From IMG/VR virus record IMGVR_UViG_3300008952_000239, positions 1 through 27,983 of that record: a stretch of 27,983 bases of DNA, one strand, 5' to 3'. This document shows positions 27,871-27,983 of the stretch, piece after piece. Source of the stretch: a virus. Taxonomy: Duplodnaviria > Caudoviricetes. Position 1 is the first letter of the stretch; each line of letters starts with the position of its first letter. The notes under the pieces were generated by a model. That model had not been told where the DNA came from. It searched no databases and saw only the letters and a program-made list of their open reading frames with translations. A program made the translations under genes and the position numbers.

Positions 27871-27983
27871 TCTTCGCTAACTGCTCGACCAGTCATCTTC
27901 TCCCAGTCTCGGTCATTCTCATCCCGGACCTCTAGATTCTTTTCCCATACACATCGAAGAATTCTTGGATCAACACCATTATT
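27867..27983 (-). CDS. 3' end of a probable UDP-glucose/GDP-mannose dehydrogenase (phage-type); start lies beyond the right edge
   Basis: Translates as ...NNGVDPRILRCVWEKNLEVRDENDRDWEKMTGRAVSED*, which I recall as resembling the C-terminus of short phage UDP-glucose 6-dehydrogenases. Its stop overlaps the sulfotransferase stop (TTAG). Only 38 aa are visible. Confidence 0.5.
   Translation of the reverse strand, partial: NNGVDPRILRCVWEKNLEVRDENDRDWEKMTGRAVSED

Noticed and set aside
1-27983. Stop-codon reassignment, as in some large phages
   Set aside because: TAG, TGA and TAA all end genes right before the next start, and coding density is near complete under the standard code.

Overview
This window is a gene-dense, AT-rich fragment of a large myovirus (jumbo-phage-like) genome, or a prophage of one. 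Nearly all genes lie on the minus strand, tightly packed and often translationally coupled. In transcription order (right to left): the 3' end of a probable UDP-glucose dehydrogenase, a lone plus-strand Sulfotransfer_2 gene, a Cas4/AddB-like PD-(D/E)XK nuclease, two GT-B (GT4-like) glycosyltransferases, a small membrane protein, a T4 gp55-like sigma factor and a small helical protein. A contractile-tail baseplate/fibre module follows: a spike with an HxH apex, gp25, gp6/baseplate J, a DNRLRE-like protein, a LamG-containing gp7-like wedge, a second LamG protein, small fibre-like proteins, an Fn3-like protein and a >975-aa ORF that runs off the left edge. The most notable signal is a strong, protein-specific enrichment of the tripeptide [S/T]-G-S in six consecutive virion proteins. 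These sit next to a glycosyltransferase/sulfotransferase/UDP-sugar dehydrogenase cluster, which suggests a phage-encoded virion glycosylation and sulfation system with its own sequon. All family assignments come from motif recognition by eye; no database search was run.
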